A stretch of DNA of 64,000 bases from Antedon mediterranea (lineage: Eukaryota; Animalia; Echinodermata): the NCBI RefSeq assembly GCF_964355755.1, contig NC_092671.1, positions 2,728,001-2,792,000 of the forward strand. The letters are read 5' to 3'. Shown here one piece after another: positions 14,539 through 28,957 of the stretch. The translations under genes were made by a program, and so were the position numbers. Each line of letters starts with the position of its first letter. The first letter of the stretch is position 1. The notes below the pieces were generated by a model. It was not told the DNA's origin, did no database searches, and was given only the letters and a program-made list of their open reading frames with translations.

Positions 14539-15109
14539 GTACAGTACAATGTTTTTTTATTATACATCTAAAGCCCCATTCACACTTGGTTAAGTAACCA
14601 TGCAGTCAGCAATTTCCTTCCAACATTATAGTAGAACTTTTATGGAGTTACATGTATTTTGGTTTTGGTCCTAATTTTTTTTTTTGGGTCTACAATAGGC
14701 TAGGTTAAATCTTGAGTACCACCAAATGAATGACTCCTTTATCTTGAATCTTAACAAAAGATCCTGGGGAGGATTTGAACCCATAAGATTTCTTACCATT
14801 AAGTTCAATGCATCTACTCATTGTTTACATAAATATTCTACAGGATATTAACAACATTCTGCGCCAAAGTAGTGCATTATACTCTGTTAATTTGCTACTA
14901 CATTCATAACATATCAATCATGCTGTTAGCAGCGTTTCACACACACAGAGTTTTAAGTGTTTTTATATACCGAGTCTAGATAAATCTCACTTTATACAGT
15001 ATAACTGTCTTTGTATTTATGGACTTGTCGTCAATGATGATGTCATTTGTTTATGATATTCTATAAATAAATTCATTTGTGTTCGACCTTAATTTAATGT
15101 TGATAGCCA

Positions 15110-15602
15110 CATCCTTAGGATGTTTTATTTGTCAGTGATTAGTTCTGTTTGGGGATATTCTCTGTTGGGTTGGGGTGGGAATGTTGGTAGGGGAGATAGG
15201 GATAGAATAGACAGGTTGGTGAGGAGGGCAGGGAGGATGGTTGGATGTGAATTACCTGTGGTGGACTCGGTCTATCATGAACGGTTGCGCAATATGTTTA
15301 GAGTGATATGGAATGATGTTAGTCATCCTCTTAACTCGGACATTGCCGACTGCCTTATGGAACGTAGTGGTAGACTGAGGCCGCCACGGGGATCCACTGA
15401 ACGCCATCGTCTCTCCTTCCTCCCAAGGGCATACAAGACTATAATGAAAGGTATCAAAGATAGGGGAATTTATTACGATCCACTTTTATTGTTATTATTA
15501 TTTACTTATGTATTAGGCCTATCATTTCTCTTTTAAATACGGCATTGTTATTAACAACACAATTTCCCAAGTTGGGATGAATAAAGTTTTCTTGTATCTT
15601 GT
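15110..15602 (+). mobile_element. 5'-truncated Rex1/Babar-type LINE 3' end
   Basis: ORF FYLSVISSV..WGGN..DRDRIDRLVRRAGRMVG..HPL..SGRLR..SFLPRA resembles the Rex1 ORF2 C-terminus; tail aatttccc..gggatgaataaag. Confidence 0.8.
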
Positions 15603-17477
15603 TAAAGTCTTTAGAAAAATAAGGGAACTTGCTTAATTCATGATAAAAAACATTATTTTTAAATAAAGAGTGAAAGTGATGTTGGTATTGTTATGGTATT
15701 GTTATGGTATTATCACTAATCCAATAACGTCACATACTGTACAGCAATGTGTGAGCTACAAAAATAAAATAATTAGTTACAATGATGGCTATGCATGGTA
15801 CAGTACTTTAAATTCCCCCAGTTTCTTGAGCTCGTTATTGGAAATTCTTTGCAAAGCGGATAGAGATGACGTACTGTGTAATGCAGACAAACGCATTGCT
15901 TATAAGTTCGTTTATAAGAAGTGATGAATATCATTTTGAAAAATTAAAAAAAAACTATTTTATGATACTAGCAAGCTAAATATAATAATGTACAATTAAT
16001 GTATAATTTTCCAATGATAATAACTGGTAATTAATCTGTTGGATTAGTACAGTAGGTAGGTAGTAGGTGATGATAATGATACTTGTACACAGTACACCAA
16101 ACATGTCAAATATTGATATTTAAAATGATTTTAATTTACTATAAAAAATTTGAACATTATATGAGTTTGTTTTTTACATGCGTGTACGGTATTGATCGTC
16201 CAACCACAATTTAAAGTGCATTGCCATCCCACAATGCTCTTGATGATGATTAATCGTGTGCTGTAGTCTGGTTCATTTCTTGCCATTTGAATAAATTATA
16301 TTTAGGATAAGATTAAGATTATCAAAATGTCTACATTAATTCAAAAACCTGAAAAAATTAATATTAATAAATTATCAGACTTTGAATAGGCCATTTTGCA
16401 GTTTGAATAAAGTTATTCACTTCTGTATTTATTTTATTTATTTATTTTTTTAAATTTCACTTTTAAAAAGACAAAAGAAAAGGTGAATTTTAACCAAAAT
16501 CCATTTTAGGTATTTTTTTGCTTTAAATTACATTTTTTCCAGGAAAATATTTTTCTTTCGATCCCGATTTTGGTCAAAGTGAAAAACTATTATTATTTGA
16601 TCATGCCATATTCAACAAAAAATAAACTATTTTTTAGGGGAACAATATATCTTTAATAAATACTTTTGTATATATAAATAACTGTAAAAAGCCTTAGAAA
16701 TGTTATTTTGATGTCAATAACCCATTGTATTTTACAATCATTTCAATTGTTCCCAATGTACAGTACAATACACATTGTTATACAATAATATAATCATGGA
16801 CCTATAAATTAGAGGTCCACAAAATAATTACTTATTCATTTCCTAATTTGTATAACAATCATTGCTTACACAGTTAGCTCATTTAAAAAAAAAGATGAAT
16901 ACAGTATTTTGACTGAATATTTCTTACATTGTGCAAAATTACTGTAAATGGAACGAAATTGTAATTAATTTATATTTATTTTAATAGTAAAAAAAAAAGA
17001 GAGCAATATATTATAATAAATAATATTAATAAAACTAGAAAACAAATGACAATCATGAATCACAAAATGTATGCAAAACGAAGAAATAGGTTTTGTACGC
17101 TAAATCTATGTTGAATTGAAGCGTCTGAATGTAAATTCAACATTATGCCAGCAGGACATTGGCTTCGTTCAACATTAATTATAATGAATTGTGGCAGCGC
17201 TATAAAGCTATGATGACAATTCTCTTCATTAATACGAATATCCGCTAATTCTACCTGCCGTAATAAGCTATTGTATATAAATTGTACAAATTTGAATATC
17301 AAAAAGTCTATAGAATAATTGGAAATTATCTTCAGCATTAATGTGGATTTTGTTTTAATATAAATTAGGAAAGATATTTGAATTTAAAGAATTTCTTATT
17401 TCTTATTAAGTGAATTTAATTACAGAATAGAATGATTGATTACTATACATTTTTACACACTTAACTATTTGCTGTTA

Positions 17478-17623
17478 TCATTGCCGGGTGCAGCGCCTTT
17501 CCAACCCCCCTAAATTTTGTAAATTATAATGCAAAAGATAGGACACTAATTTCAGTTCAGGACCTAAAATTTGCAATTTTTAGGCCCTGTGCCCCCTATT
17601 TCAAATTCTTGGATCCGCCACTG
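17478..17623. mobile_element. hAT-like MITE remnant
   Basis: Right end ggatccgccactg (reverse complement CAGTGGCGGATCC); left end degenerate. Confidence 0.4.
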
Positions 17624-17658
17624 GCTATATTATTATTCTTTATGATTGCGTTAAACAG

Positions 17659-17778
17659 GTATTGATGGCCCCGCCTCGTACATGTTGAATGGTAGTACCA
17701 CCACCGTGCAAGTACTCACAGTAGGTTGTACAAGTACAGACTCAGATGACGAAACTCTGCAATTTAAAGAAACAACAG
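17659..17778 (+). CDS. TUB: Tubby exon (GIDGPASYMLNG...VQVLTVG...FKETT)
   Basis: aacag acceptor, ag|gtacgt donor, phase 1-1. GIDGPA and VQ.LTVG resemble vertebrate TUB/TULP3 linker motifs. Confidence 0.85.
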
Positions 17779-18717
17779 GTACGTTTAGTTCTTATTTTAT
17801 TTATCTTACGAATGCAAAACAAACAGGATATACTGTAAGCAAGGAAATACTAAACAATTCAAACACCTACAGTATGCTACAAAAACCAACAAAAAAAAGC
17901 AAATTAATTTATTTCTCAAAATCTGTCTATTTAAAGAGTTATACGCTTGTATTATTTTATCTGCAAATTATTTTGTGGATATTCTAAAACATCTAGTATA
18001 AGAAATTGACCAATTACAAATATTTTCGACATTGAAAATGGTTAAAATAGTACAATTAAATCAGAATAGTAATTAGTATTAAAGCCATTGTTATTGTTGA
18101 TAAACAATGTTGAGCGGTTAACATAATTGCGACGCCCTGCTTGGTACTAAGTGTCCACAACTGTGTGAATGGCTACTAAGGCAGATTATGCAGAACTACC
18201 TGAATAGATTCTGAACTCCCTGCTGATATACTAAACTTTGTAGTATACTGACAAATATGAATTTACAGTAATTCATTCTTGATCACAAGTACAAGAGAGA
18301 GAGATAGGAAGAAAAAAAAAACACAACTATGAAACAGCTTAAACTAACCTCTGTTACGACAGGCACAGTTAGATTTTAGATTTATTGAGTTTCGTTTTTT
18401 TTTAATATTTTTATTTTAATGAATGAAAATGTCATCTATTCCTTTGCCAGTACTGAATTTACAAGTAGCAATGAATTTAATGGTACTGAAAAAAAATATT
18501 TTAGATATTCTGTCAAATACTGCAGAACATCATCTTAAAGATATCAAATCAAATATGGTTTTATGAACAATCTAATATCATAATTCTCCAAGAATGCACT
18601 GATTATGTTTAAATAACATATATAAAACTGACTCCAAATAACGAGAGGCAAGCCATTATTCAACGCTTCGATCTGTATTGTGTTTTCAACTTCCTAACAA
18701 AAATATTTTTTTTATAG

Positions 18718-18926
18718 AAACTGAAAAGAAATTAAAAGCAATGGGAATATCATCGAGAGCGAACTTTGAGGAGAATGACGAGCAAATGATACCAACAGCG
18801 CCCTCCCTACAAGCTACGTCGCCATACTCCCCTCCAACGTACCAGGATGCTGTAGATAACAGCATGAACTCAAATTCAAACTCAAACTTAAACATAGAAA
18901 ATCAAGAGCGACAAAATTCAGGAACA
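18718..18926 (+). CDS. TUB: Tubby exon (ETEKKLKAMGISSRANFEE...QNSGT)
   Basis: tttatag acceptor, gtaagt donor; phases fit both neighbours. GISS..FEE resembles the TUB linker. Confidence 0.85.
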
Positions 18927-20829
18927 GTAAGTATAAATAGTCAATTCGTATTTGAATAAAGCATAGATATTCTATTCATACTTAGATAGTATAAATAGTC
19001 AATTCTTACATGAATAAGTAAGGATAAATAGTCTATTTGTACTTGAATAGTAAGTAAGTAGAATAGTCTATTCGTACTTGAATTTATAGTATAGTCAATT
19101 CATACAGTTATAGTGTTGACTCAGAACAATACCAGTACCCACTGTTAATACGGAATACTGTATCTCGCCTCCTTATTTAGGCTAAATTCGAACACAAGAA
19201 TTTCCATTTTTAAATGCAGTCTGTGTACTGTATACAGTATAACCATAGTCATCATCAGTACAAGCTTGGTGGCCTAGAGATACAGTAAATTTATTCTTAA
19301 CTCTAATTTTTTTACTTAAAAAACATTATTACATAATAAATTGTCAAAGGAGTTTTAATTTACCGATATAATAAGGTACTGTTATTAGTCTTATTCTGGA
19401 CTGATTAAAACGTTTATCATCATATTACAAAGAAGGCAAGTAGACTGGCCATGGAGACATCCATCAGTAAACTTTTATCCATTCTTTATGATTATTTCTA
19501 TCATTTGTAATTAAAAAGACCGCAAGATAGCAAACAATACACACGACAAAGTAAAACCAATTAGTCAAAATTATTGGAAAAAAAATAGAATGGTTGGTAG
19601 AATGACGTCAAGACTTGCTTAACACTAATATTTACATCTAAAGGGACAGTAATGATGTACTGTAAGTACAGTAATTGTTCCAACTAAAGCTGACTTTTCC
19701 TCTGGATGATTATCAAACCAAAAACTTCACCAAAACCGGATCTTCTAATTTCTTCTTTATATACTGGGTATATATGTGCATTATACAAACAAAAACAACA
19801 AAAATCCACCCAGTAGTGTACACTGCTAGCATAGCATCCCAAATCACTATCAGGTTCAGTAGACCAAAAAAGCTCTGTACACACATTGTGACCAAAAAGT
19901 GTGATGTGCCCAAATATGGGTAAAACATCATCATGTCCATATTCTGTATGGGCACATTTGTTTGCCACAAAGTTTGATAGTGTAGACAGAGCTTTAAAGA
20001 ATACAATTATTAATTTGAATCTTTAAAAATCTTACTTAAATTTCAATTTTGAGAGACTGCAATACAAGACAGTTTTATAGTTAAAGAACTGATGTTTTTT
20101 TATATCTCTACTGCCTATACTGCTAAACACAAATGTCATTTTGATTAAATTATACAATATTTCAACTTACAGAGCATGTAGCATAATTTAATAGCATTTT
20201 ACTACAATAATAAAATACATTTATAAAGATTTCCGTTAATAAAATATTTCAAATGATTTTGTCAAGAAATCCATTTTTTATGTTATTGCAAAATTTGCCG
20301 TGAATGATTTTTAAATTAACTGGCTACCATGGTAGCGACGTATAAAACCATTTGCGTTATTCATTGTTAATAACCTGCGATAGCTAATATTCTGCAGCCA
20401 GGGACGTTGCTCTTTGATACTCTACAGAATTGTGAAGAGTAAATTAACCAGTTTTTTCCATCACAGCCTTTTAAATCTGAATAACGATAATTATGCAAGG
20501 AAAACATAATGCAATAGTTACTACACACAAAGTTTATTATAATTGGTCAACAAACGTATTGATTTTTCAATTAATCAATGTGGATATTGTGTGTAAGGAA
20601 TTCAAATTATAATTTATAATAAAGTACAGTACTACATCATGTGAACTCATGATTTATCAATTTCATTATAATATTCATTATGTATTAATTATTATGTGGC
20701 ATGAAAGCATTATTATTTATATTATTAATAATTACCACCCTATTGTCATTATCATGTCGTCATTAGTACCGTAAGACCATGGAGTAAAGAATTACTATTC
20801 TATACTCTTCTATTCTATACTATTCTATA

Positions 20830-22193
20830 TTATATAACACCTATATAATTTCCTGTCATTTGATTGGACGAATGTGGGTCACATGGCGTGCAATAGTACG
20901 CACTATTCAACGATCGTTAAATAGTACTTTTTGAAACATTTTTGTGTACGAAAAAAAAACGTCTAGATGTTATATAAAACAAATAATGAATGTTTTGTAT
21001 TCGTGTAATGGTACAAATAATGGCACTTGGTGAATGATGAAAGGTTATATCAACTCGGCTTTGCCTCGTTGATATAACCTTTCATCATTCACCTCGTGCC
21101 ATTATTTGTACCATTGCACTCATAAACATTCATTATTTGTATACTATTCTATACTATACTATTCTATATTATATAACACCTAAATAAATTCCTGTCATTT
21201 GATTGGACGATTGTGGGTCACATGGCGTGCAATAGTACGCACTATTAAACGATCGTTTAATAGTACTTTTTAAAACATTTTTGTGCACGAAAAAAAAAAC
21301 GCCTCGCGGATGAAAAAAAATCTAGTACACAAATTATCCTATGATATGGCTCTGTACTGTGAATTACAACAGCGCCACCTGTCGTCTGGGCTCAGTTTCG
21401 TTTTTCTTTTATACATTTGTGTACGAAAAAAAAAACGTTTCGCGGATGAAAAAAAATCTAGTACACAAATTACCCTATGATGATGGCTCTGTACTGTGAA
21501 ATACAACAGCGCCACCTGTCGTCTGGTCTCAGTTTCATTTGTAAACACCACCGCGAGATATGCAACAGCAGCAGATATTTGTGTACGATTTGGACATTAT
21601 GTACTAATTTCATTCAAAAAGGCATTTAAATTAGCTTTAGATCGTTTTTAGGATTTTGATTAATTAATGGGGACATCCCTACAAGACGTGGAATTGTTGG
21701 AAAAACCATAATTAGCTTAGATAAGTTCCAATTGCCTGTCGAAGTTTTGCCTTTCAGCCAAGCTAGTACTAGGCTACTAGGTCTAGCCTAGGCCATGCTA
21801 GTATTAGGCTAGGCCTATGATTGTTTGGTCGTTTGTTGACATAATTAACACAAAAGTAGGTGTGTTTACGAAATCCATATAAATATAACATTTAATATAA
21901 AATTATTAAAAACCAAATGTTACTGTTTTAATCAATGTGTGTGAATGAAATGTAGTAAGCTTTGGCTAGGGCTACCTTTTATTTGATTCAAATAACTAGA
22001 ATTTATTTAGATGTTATATAAAACAAATAATGAATGTTTTGTATTCGTGTAATGGTAAAAATAATGGCACTTGGTGAATGATGAAAGGTTATATTTCAAC
22101 TCGGCTCATCGCCTCGTTGAAATATAACCTTTCATCATTCACCTTGTGCCATTATTTGTACCATTACAATCATAAACATTCATTATTTGTATA
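20830..22193 (+). mobile_element. Two tandem copies (20830-21143 internally deleted; 21169-22193) of a hairpin-ended non-autonomous element, Crypton-like
   Basis: Shared 5' end tatataacacc, inverted tgttatata near the 3' end, then a ~170-nt hairpin with a ctcggct..gcctcg apex. Embedded in a (CTATT/CTATA)n microsatellite. Superfamily is inferred. Confidence 0.6.
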
Positions 22194-22644
22194 CTATTCT
22201 ATACTATTACTATTCTATACTCCATGATACTACTACTCTACTATAGTACAATACATCACACATTCTGACATTCAAGTCCTATTTACATAATTTTATAATA
22301 TTTTGCAATATTTATTCATTCATTATAAAAAAAAAGATACATAATATTAGAAGATGATTGATATGCCTATTAAGTAACAAAGTTTCTTTTTTTACTATTC
22401 TAATTTCCATAATTAAATCCTTGAAAATTATTCCAGAAAAATTGTCTTAAAATATTCATCGTCGATCGTTAATGTCCTAGTATATAATCATGGAAGGGTT
22501 ATGTAGTTAATTAATCTATTACATTTAACAACAAAAATAAAATAAATTGTATCAATTCCAATTAAAATGTATCAATTTCATTATGTCTGAAACCGATTTC
22601 CAAACCACAGTTAGTTGAAATTCAATTGTAATGAAATAGTCTAA

Positions 22645-22959
22645 GAGCCTGTTCGGACGTAACAAATTTACATGTGTAACTGTAATGGTCACGTGTGCTG
22701 TAAATTTTGAGATAAACTTGCAGTTTCAAAAATTCACCTCATGAGGTAGATTTTTCAATTACACCTTAAACCGCAAGCTGATTAATCGCAAGATAAGGAG
22801 CAATTTTTTACCAAAATAGTGTAAAGAGAAATGCATGAAGTATGGCCCTGCTGGGTATTTTTTGTTAGTTTACACGTGTAAATTGTTCATCGTCTGAACG
22901 ATCACTGCTTATTATATGTAAAGTTACACATGTAACTGATTTTACATCCGAACACAGTC
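22645..22959. mobile_element. PIF/Harbinger-type MITE
   Basis: Imperfect TIR gagcctgttcggacgtaa / ttacatccgaacacagtc, TAA TSD. Confidence 0.65.
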
Positions 22960-24049
22960 TAAACTGTTAATTCTGAGTGATATCTTTTGTGTTATGAGCT
23001 GGACATTCCATGACTGTTGCGATGTAATTGGACATTCTGTGTGTTTTCTGTCAGTATCCCAGCAGGATATCTCTTCTGTTATAATGATAGCTTTAAGGCT
23101 TAGCCTGTAATTATCGAGAATGTTTCTTATTTGCATGTACGAGAGATAAGTAGTTGTCTAAAGAAGAGAAGACATTGCTTAGAAATATTTACAGGCTTGC
23201 ATTTGCATGATGCGATTGTCACGCTGTTCTTGCCTGCAGTAAATTTATTAATTTATTTCTGACACAAAACATTAAGGTCTAAATTCGAATGCATAGATCT
23301 TTTGTAGATTTTACAGTTTAATCTCCTGGTACTGTACAACAAGCCATTGAAATACATGTTCTGGCATGCGGCTAGCTGGTAATCTCACAGCTGTTGTTAA
23401 TACCAAAAGATCCATTGAATGTATTAAAATGAGGATAACTCCAAATAAAGAGAAACACATTGAGAATTAGTTCGCTGTCATTTGAGTTATACCATCTTAA
23501 TAATACTAATGAAATGTATATAGACCAATCAATTAGACAAGTAGATTCAAGTAATTATCACCCTTTCACGCCCCAGTTTATTTTATGTGATATCTAAGTC
23601 TTAAAAGATATGTACAGTATGAACACTTTTGATATTAATGCTGTGTTTATTAGATAATCTTAAGAGACAGCTAGCTTAAGTTTACAACGAAGAAACCCTC
23701 TTCACTTTCTGAAGGACGTGTAACAACTTACAAAATTGTAAACAAAATCTTAGTCTTCTTTCCTTGTCATATTACTAATAATTCTTTGAATATAATTAAT
23801 CTTGAAATAAAACAGTCAAATTCGTACTTATAGCAAACAATACACAACATTTTCTTAAATCTTTATAATAATTAATAATTTTGTGTTTATACTAATCTAA
23901 AAATAAAGTGAAATCAGATAATACATTGAGACTGTATGATTGGTTTGTTTGGCATTTTGCTAATTTGATTTAGCAAAATCCAACCATTGGTCCAACTAAA
24001 TAAAATGATGATTATGCACAATGATTAGAGTAATATCCATCCATCTCAA

Positions 24050-24625
24050 TTTAATCAATTATTGTTTATAGTATATTTATACAAATGATAAGTTATAATA
24101 TATTTTCTTTTACAATTTTGACATATTTTCTTTAAAAATATTATATTGTATATTATATTATATGTCGGTATTGGAAATATACTGTAGGATGGTTACTTTG
24201 GTAAGATAAACACATTCAGCCTGCCTGCAACCATAAATCAAATCATTTTTGTGTACTTTTGAATATATAATATTTATACATATAATAAAGTTATAATATA
24301 TAAAATGTTTTTACTGTTACGATATTTACAGTACATGTATTTTCTTTGAAAATATTTTATTTACAGTATCATGTCTTTGAAATTAGGATGGTTAATTTTA
24401 AGGTATAACAATCAGACTGTCGGCAGCCATAAATCAAATCATTTTTGTGTACTTTGTAACATTTTTTTGTATCTAAATAGTTATACAAATAACAAGTTAT
24501 ATAAAATGTATTTACTTTTACGATTTTTTCATACAGTATATTTTCTTTGAAAATATTCTATTTATGTTTTGGAAATGAGGATGAAGATAAAACAATAAGC
24601 CTGTTCAAAGTCATAAAACAAATCA
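24050..24625. repeat. Old ~200-bp tandem triplication
   Basis: Recurring acaaat.a.aagttata, aggatggtta and ccataaatcaaatcatttttgtgtacttt. Confidence 0.75.
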
Positions 24626-25183
24626 TCATCATCAATCTAAAGTTTACAGTTATTTTGTTGTATTGTCGTGTACACTTGGTAACCATGGCAGCACAAATTG
24701 CATCAGTCGCTATAGTAATGTTGTTATGAATTTTTAAGATGAAGAAAGTGTAATTTGTTTTAAGTGGCTGCAGTAACCTTGTCTAGTTGTGTTCTTGTAA
24801 AATAATTAATCCAAGAGTTTTGTTTTTCTGTTTTGCTCTCAAAGAAAATGAATTTTGATAATTATAGATATTACTGATAGTTAGTAGTAAATACAGTACA
24901 GTACTTATCTCTGTATATTGCTTTTATTAACCATCCAAATGTTGCATTATTAAAATACCCATGTCCTTATGTTTATAAGTTTCCATACCAAATAATAAAA
25001 AAAACATATTTTTGAGTTTTCTGTGGCCACCAAACTGATTTTGGACTTTGTCGTCTTTTATCGTTGTTGATTTCTTCTCAATTTCTGTATTTTACTGACT
25101 GTTCAGACCTTCCATACATTTATAATGTTTTATTTAATATTTATAAAATATTTTATTTACTGTATATATTTTATTTTTATTAG

Positions 25184-25360
25184 GACTCGAGAGGTGCTAT
25201 TGGCGGAGGTCTCACAATAGATGATTTGGATGCATTCGTACTACGACCTGCGCCACAAGGCCAAACAGTAAAATGTAGAATTTCTCGCGATAAAAAGGGC
25301 ATCGACCGAGGCATGTACCCGACATATTTCTTACACATGGAACGAGATGATGGAAAAAGG
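25184..25360 (+). CDS. TUB: Tubby domain exon ([47 protein letters not shown])
   Basis: Start of the Tubby domain recognised on translation; ag/gt boundaries; 59 codons. Confidence 0.97.
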
Positions 25361-25503
25361 GTAATGTTAATTTTATTGTAACATAATGTTTTTTTAAAAA
25401 TATATTTTGTTGTTGAGTTTACCAATGGTTTTCCCAGTCTTATTTCTGATTTATGGGTGTTAATCTTAAATGATTAATTATGAAATTGTTTGCGTTTTTG
25501 TAG

Positions 25504-25616
25504 ATTTTCTTGTTGGCAGCTCGTCGAAGAAAAAAGAGCACGACTTCAAACTACTTACTTTCAACAGACGCCACAGATTTGTCAAGAGATGGGGAAGCAT
25601 ACTCTGGAAAGCTACG
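25504..25616 (+). CDS. TUB: Tubby domain exon ([38 protein letters not shown])
   Basis: Conserved FLLA.RKRKKS.TSNY and GKLR (phosphoinositide-binding K/R) motifs; gtaagt donor. Confidence 0.97.
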
Positions 25617-26348
25617 GTAAGTAGTTTCTTGAAAATTGTATTAATATTGTCAGGTTTTTAGTTAAAAGATTATACTTTCATTACATTAGGAATATGCAAC
25701 ATGTAATAATGTATAATGTTCTTAATAATAAATATTTATTACTACTAAAAAATTTTGATACCAGTGTTTTCTAAGCACTGTCTACACTAGTTTGACAAAA
25801 AAATGTAATGTGTCCAAATATGGTAATGATATGACATCATCATGTCTATATATGGGCACATCACATTTTGTTATCACATAAAGTTTGATAGTGTAGACAG
25901 AGCTTAAAATTATTATATTTAATTTGTATAACAAAAAATTATTTCATAATTAATATGTCATTATAAAATATAATTATATGATAAAATTACTGTATACCGT
26001 GAAACAAATTCATTTTGTTGGCAATAAAAACGATTCTAATGTTGCATATCATTTTAATATCTTGACTCTGTGATCTGTGAAATAAGCTATTACCAATCTA
26101 TTGAAAATCGATTTTTAGTAGATAAAATTTGAAGGATGCTTTAGAACGACTCGTTCAACCTTGCAGTTGTAACCCAAATCAAACACGAATATGAAAATGA
26201 AAATAGCTAGAAGCTATTATTAACCATTTTCATAAAGTTCTGTGTAAAGGTTGTTGTTATGGATACTATACTATTGTCATATAAATTGCTGTTTGTAAAA
26301 GTAACGCTCTCTATGGTAAGATTTTAATTTGTTTTTTTTTTCTTCTAG

Positions 26349-26463
26349 GTCAAATTTCATGGGAACACATTTCACAATATATGATAATGGCATCAGTCCG
26401 GGCAAGCCAGGGCAACTGGATGATGGAAGCAATTTGCGAGAAGAGGTAGCGGCCGTAATCTAT
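26349..26463 (+). CDS. TUB: Tubby domain exon ([14 protein letters not shown]...[10 protein letters not shown])
   Basis: Conserved SN..GT.FT.YDNG motif; gtgagt donor. Confidence 0.97.
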
Positions 26464-27614
26464 GTGAGTTTATTTGTGTTCTTATTTCTATTCCCCTCAC
26501 TGAACTATTTTTAATAGCCCATCCTATTTATCTAGCCCATCCTATTTTGCTAGCCCAACCAAAAGTTCTGTCTACGCTATCAAAATAGTTTGACAAAAAA
26601 AGTTTGATGGTAGTGATATGCCCAAATGTGGTAGTGATATGCCCAAATAAGGTAGTGATATGCCCAAATAAGGTAGTGATATGCCCAAATAATGTAGTAA
26701 TATGCCCAAATAAGGTAGTAATATGCCCAAATAAGGTAGTGATGTAACATCAGCATGAAAATTTGGGTACAGTTTTCACTAGCCTATCCAACACAGATTG
26801 GTTACTTGCATAGAGTGGTCCGAGTATATTGTACTTCAAGGAATAATATTTGCATAATAAAGATGAGCAGATTGGTATAGCATTGCACTTTCGTTATACG
26901 TGATTAAATTATAATTTATGATTCCATACAAAGTAAAATAATAGTAAAATCATTTCCAACGCAGTATAACATAGCAATGAAGTTGCACTAGTATTAGATA
27001 TTATCTTGTGTGTTGAAAACGCTATACTGTTACATTTCCTCTAGAATTACCGCTGACAAGACTGAGTACTTTCCACAAGTATTAATTCATTTTGTTCTCT
27101 ATGTCGCGTCTCTCTTGGGATTCGCACATATTCGTGTAATTGTTAACGCTGATCGTCTAAATTCAATTATCTACTATGTATGTCACTTTGCATCGTCTTC
27201 ATTGATATGATCATTTCTTAATCTGTAATAAAATATTATCAATTTTAACCAGATTAAATTCTCATACAAAATATTTTATTAGTTTTCTTATTAAATTTTG
27301 ATATACGAATTAAACATTTTTTTTTTATTAATTATTGAATTATAGACTAACAAATTATTCACTGGTTTAAACACCTGCTTTAAAAGTAACAAAATGTTGT
27401 GTATAATTGATTTTAACTAAATGTCTTACAAATATCTTTTTGTATTTTTTTTGCTAAACAAAACAAAAGAGACAGATAGATTATAGATTATTTACTAAGC
27501 ACCATGATAACCCTTTAATGTCTAACTCTTCTAATTTATTGTCCGTATAAATACAATTTATAGTTGCTTTTTGTTGTAGTCTTCCTTTTATGACGCACTA
27601 GAAAGAAAAAGATG

Positions 27615-27865
27615 GTTTACTTAACATTTCCAAGGGGGGTGATTTAGGGTTTTTTATGTCACCCAAAATAAAATAACTGAGTTGTTGAAAACCTCAACAA
27701 TATAAAATAGTTTACTTAACATTGCCAAGGGGGATAATTTAAGGTTTTTTATGTCACCCAAAATAAAATAACTGAGTTGTTGAAAACTTCAACAATATAA
27801 AATAGTTTATTTAACATTTCCAAGGGGGTGATTTAGCATCTTTTATGTCTCCTAAAATAAACTAA
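27615..27865. repeat. ~100-bp tandem repeat, ~2.5 copies
   Basis: tttacttaacatttccaagggg...tatgtcacccaaaataaaataactgag repeated. Confidence 0.85.
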
Positions 27866-28957
27866 CTAATATTGAGAAGGCTAAAATGCAGCAATATTAA
27901 GATTTTTTTCTGAAATGGCATTAATTGTCACTTTTATTTCAACATTTGACAACCGAGTCCAGATTTGTGCCTCAAACATGAATGCTTTTAAAACATAATG
28001 TCATGCAAGATTTTTGAAAGCCTCATAAATTGGTTTATGTTGTTACGCATTTTAACATGCAAGAAGCCAGTTTTTATGTGCTGCTGGCTATGAATTAAAA
28101 TATAAAAAGCATCCGCAGCAGTAAAAAATTGTCCTTTTATATCTGCCATGTATTTGGATGTACAACTGCACACTACACAACAAACAGTCTGCTCTTTGCT
28201 TCCAGTTGTTGTATTTTATAGTCCATTTTCTAAAAGAAAGAATTTTTTAAGGTCAAAGTGGTATCTCTGACTTTTTACGTCAATTGGGGTATGCTGAATA
28301 AAAAAAATTATTATGGTTCACACATTAAATGTTTTAGTTATGTAGCCGCTGTTACAGATTTATTTTGTTTAAGGATCGTTAAAAATATTAATCATTTTTA
28401 TACGTTCCATTTTTCAAATTAAATATATCCAGCATTGTAGAGCTAAACGAAAGATAATATACATCATTCTGTACAGTACTGAATTCTGTTTGTTTACATT
28501 GCTTCTCATATTAAACAACCTAGTACATGAAGTCATATCAAATCAATGCAATCTGATAATGCAATCTGAAAATGTATTGTATCTATTCATACGAGAAGTT
28601 GAGAAAGTTGCTTTAGGTGTCAGCTACAATCACTACAGCCTACTGTAATATACAGTAGGCCTACTAACTGGATTTCTTTTTACGTCGCTTCTCATATAAA
28701 TAACATAGAACTGGCAGTCCAAATCAATGCAATCTGATAATGCCATTTGAACATTTATTGTATCTATTCATACAAGAAGTTGAGAAAGTCGATTTTGTGT
28801 CAGCAACAACCATGTGTTTAGCTTTTTTTTATGATTTATTAATTATTGATACAATAAAACTGAAGTATGGTTATTTTAGTGTTTTTCATAAACACATGTT
28901 TATAGTCTATGTTTAACAAGTTTACATAGTAATACTAATAGTATTTGTCAACATTAT

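Noticed and set aside
25470-25661. Predicted standalone 63-aa ORF
   Set aside because: Wrong frame; it overlaps the real Tubby exon 25504-25616.
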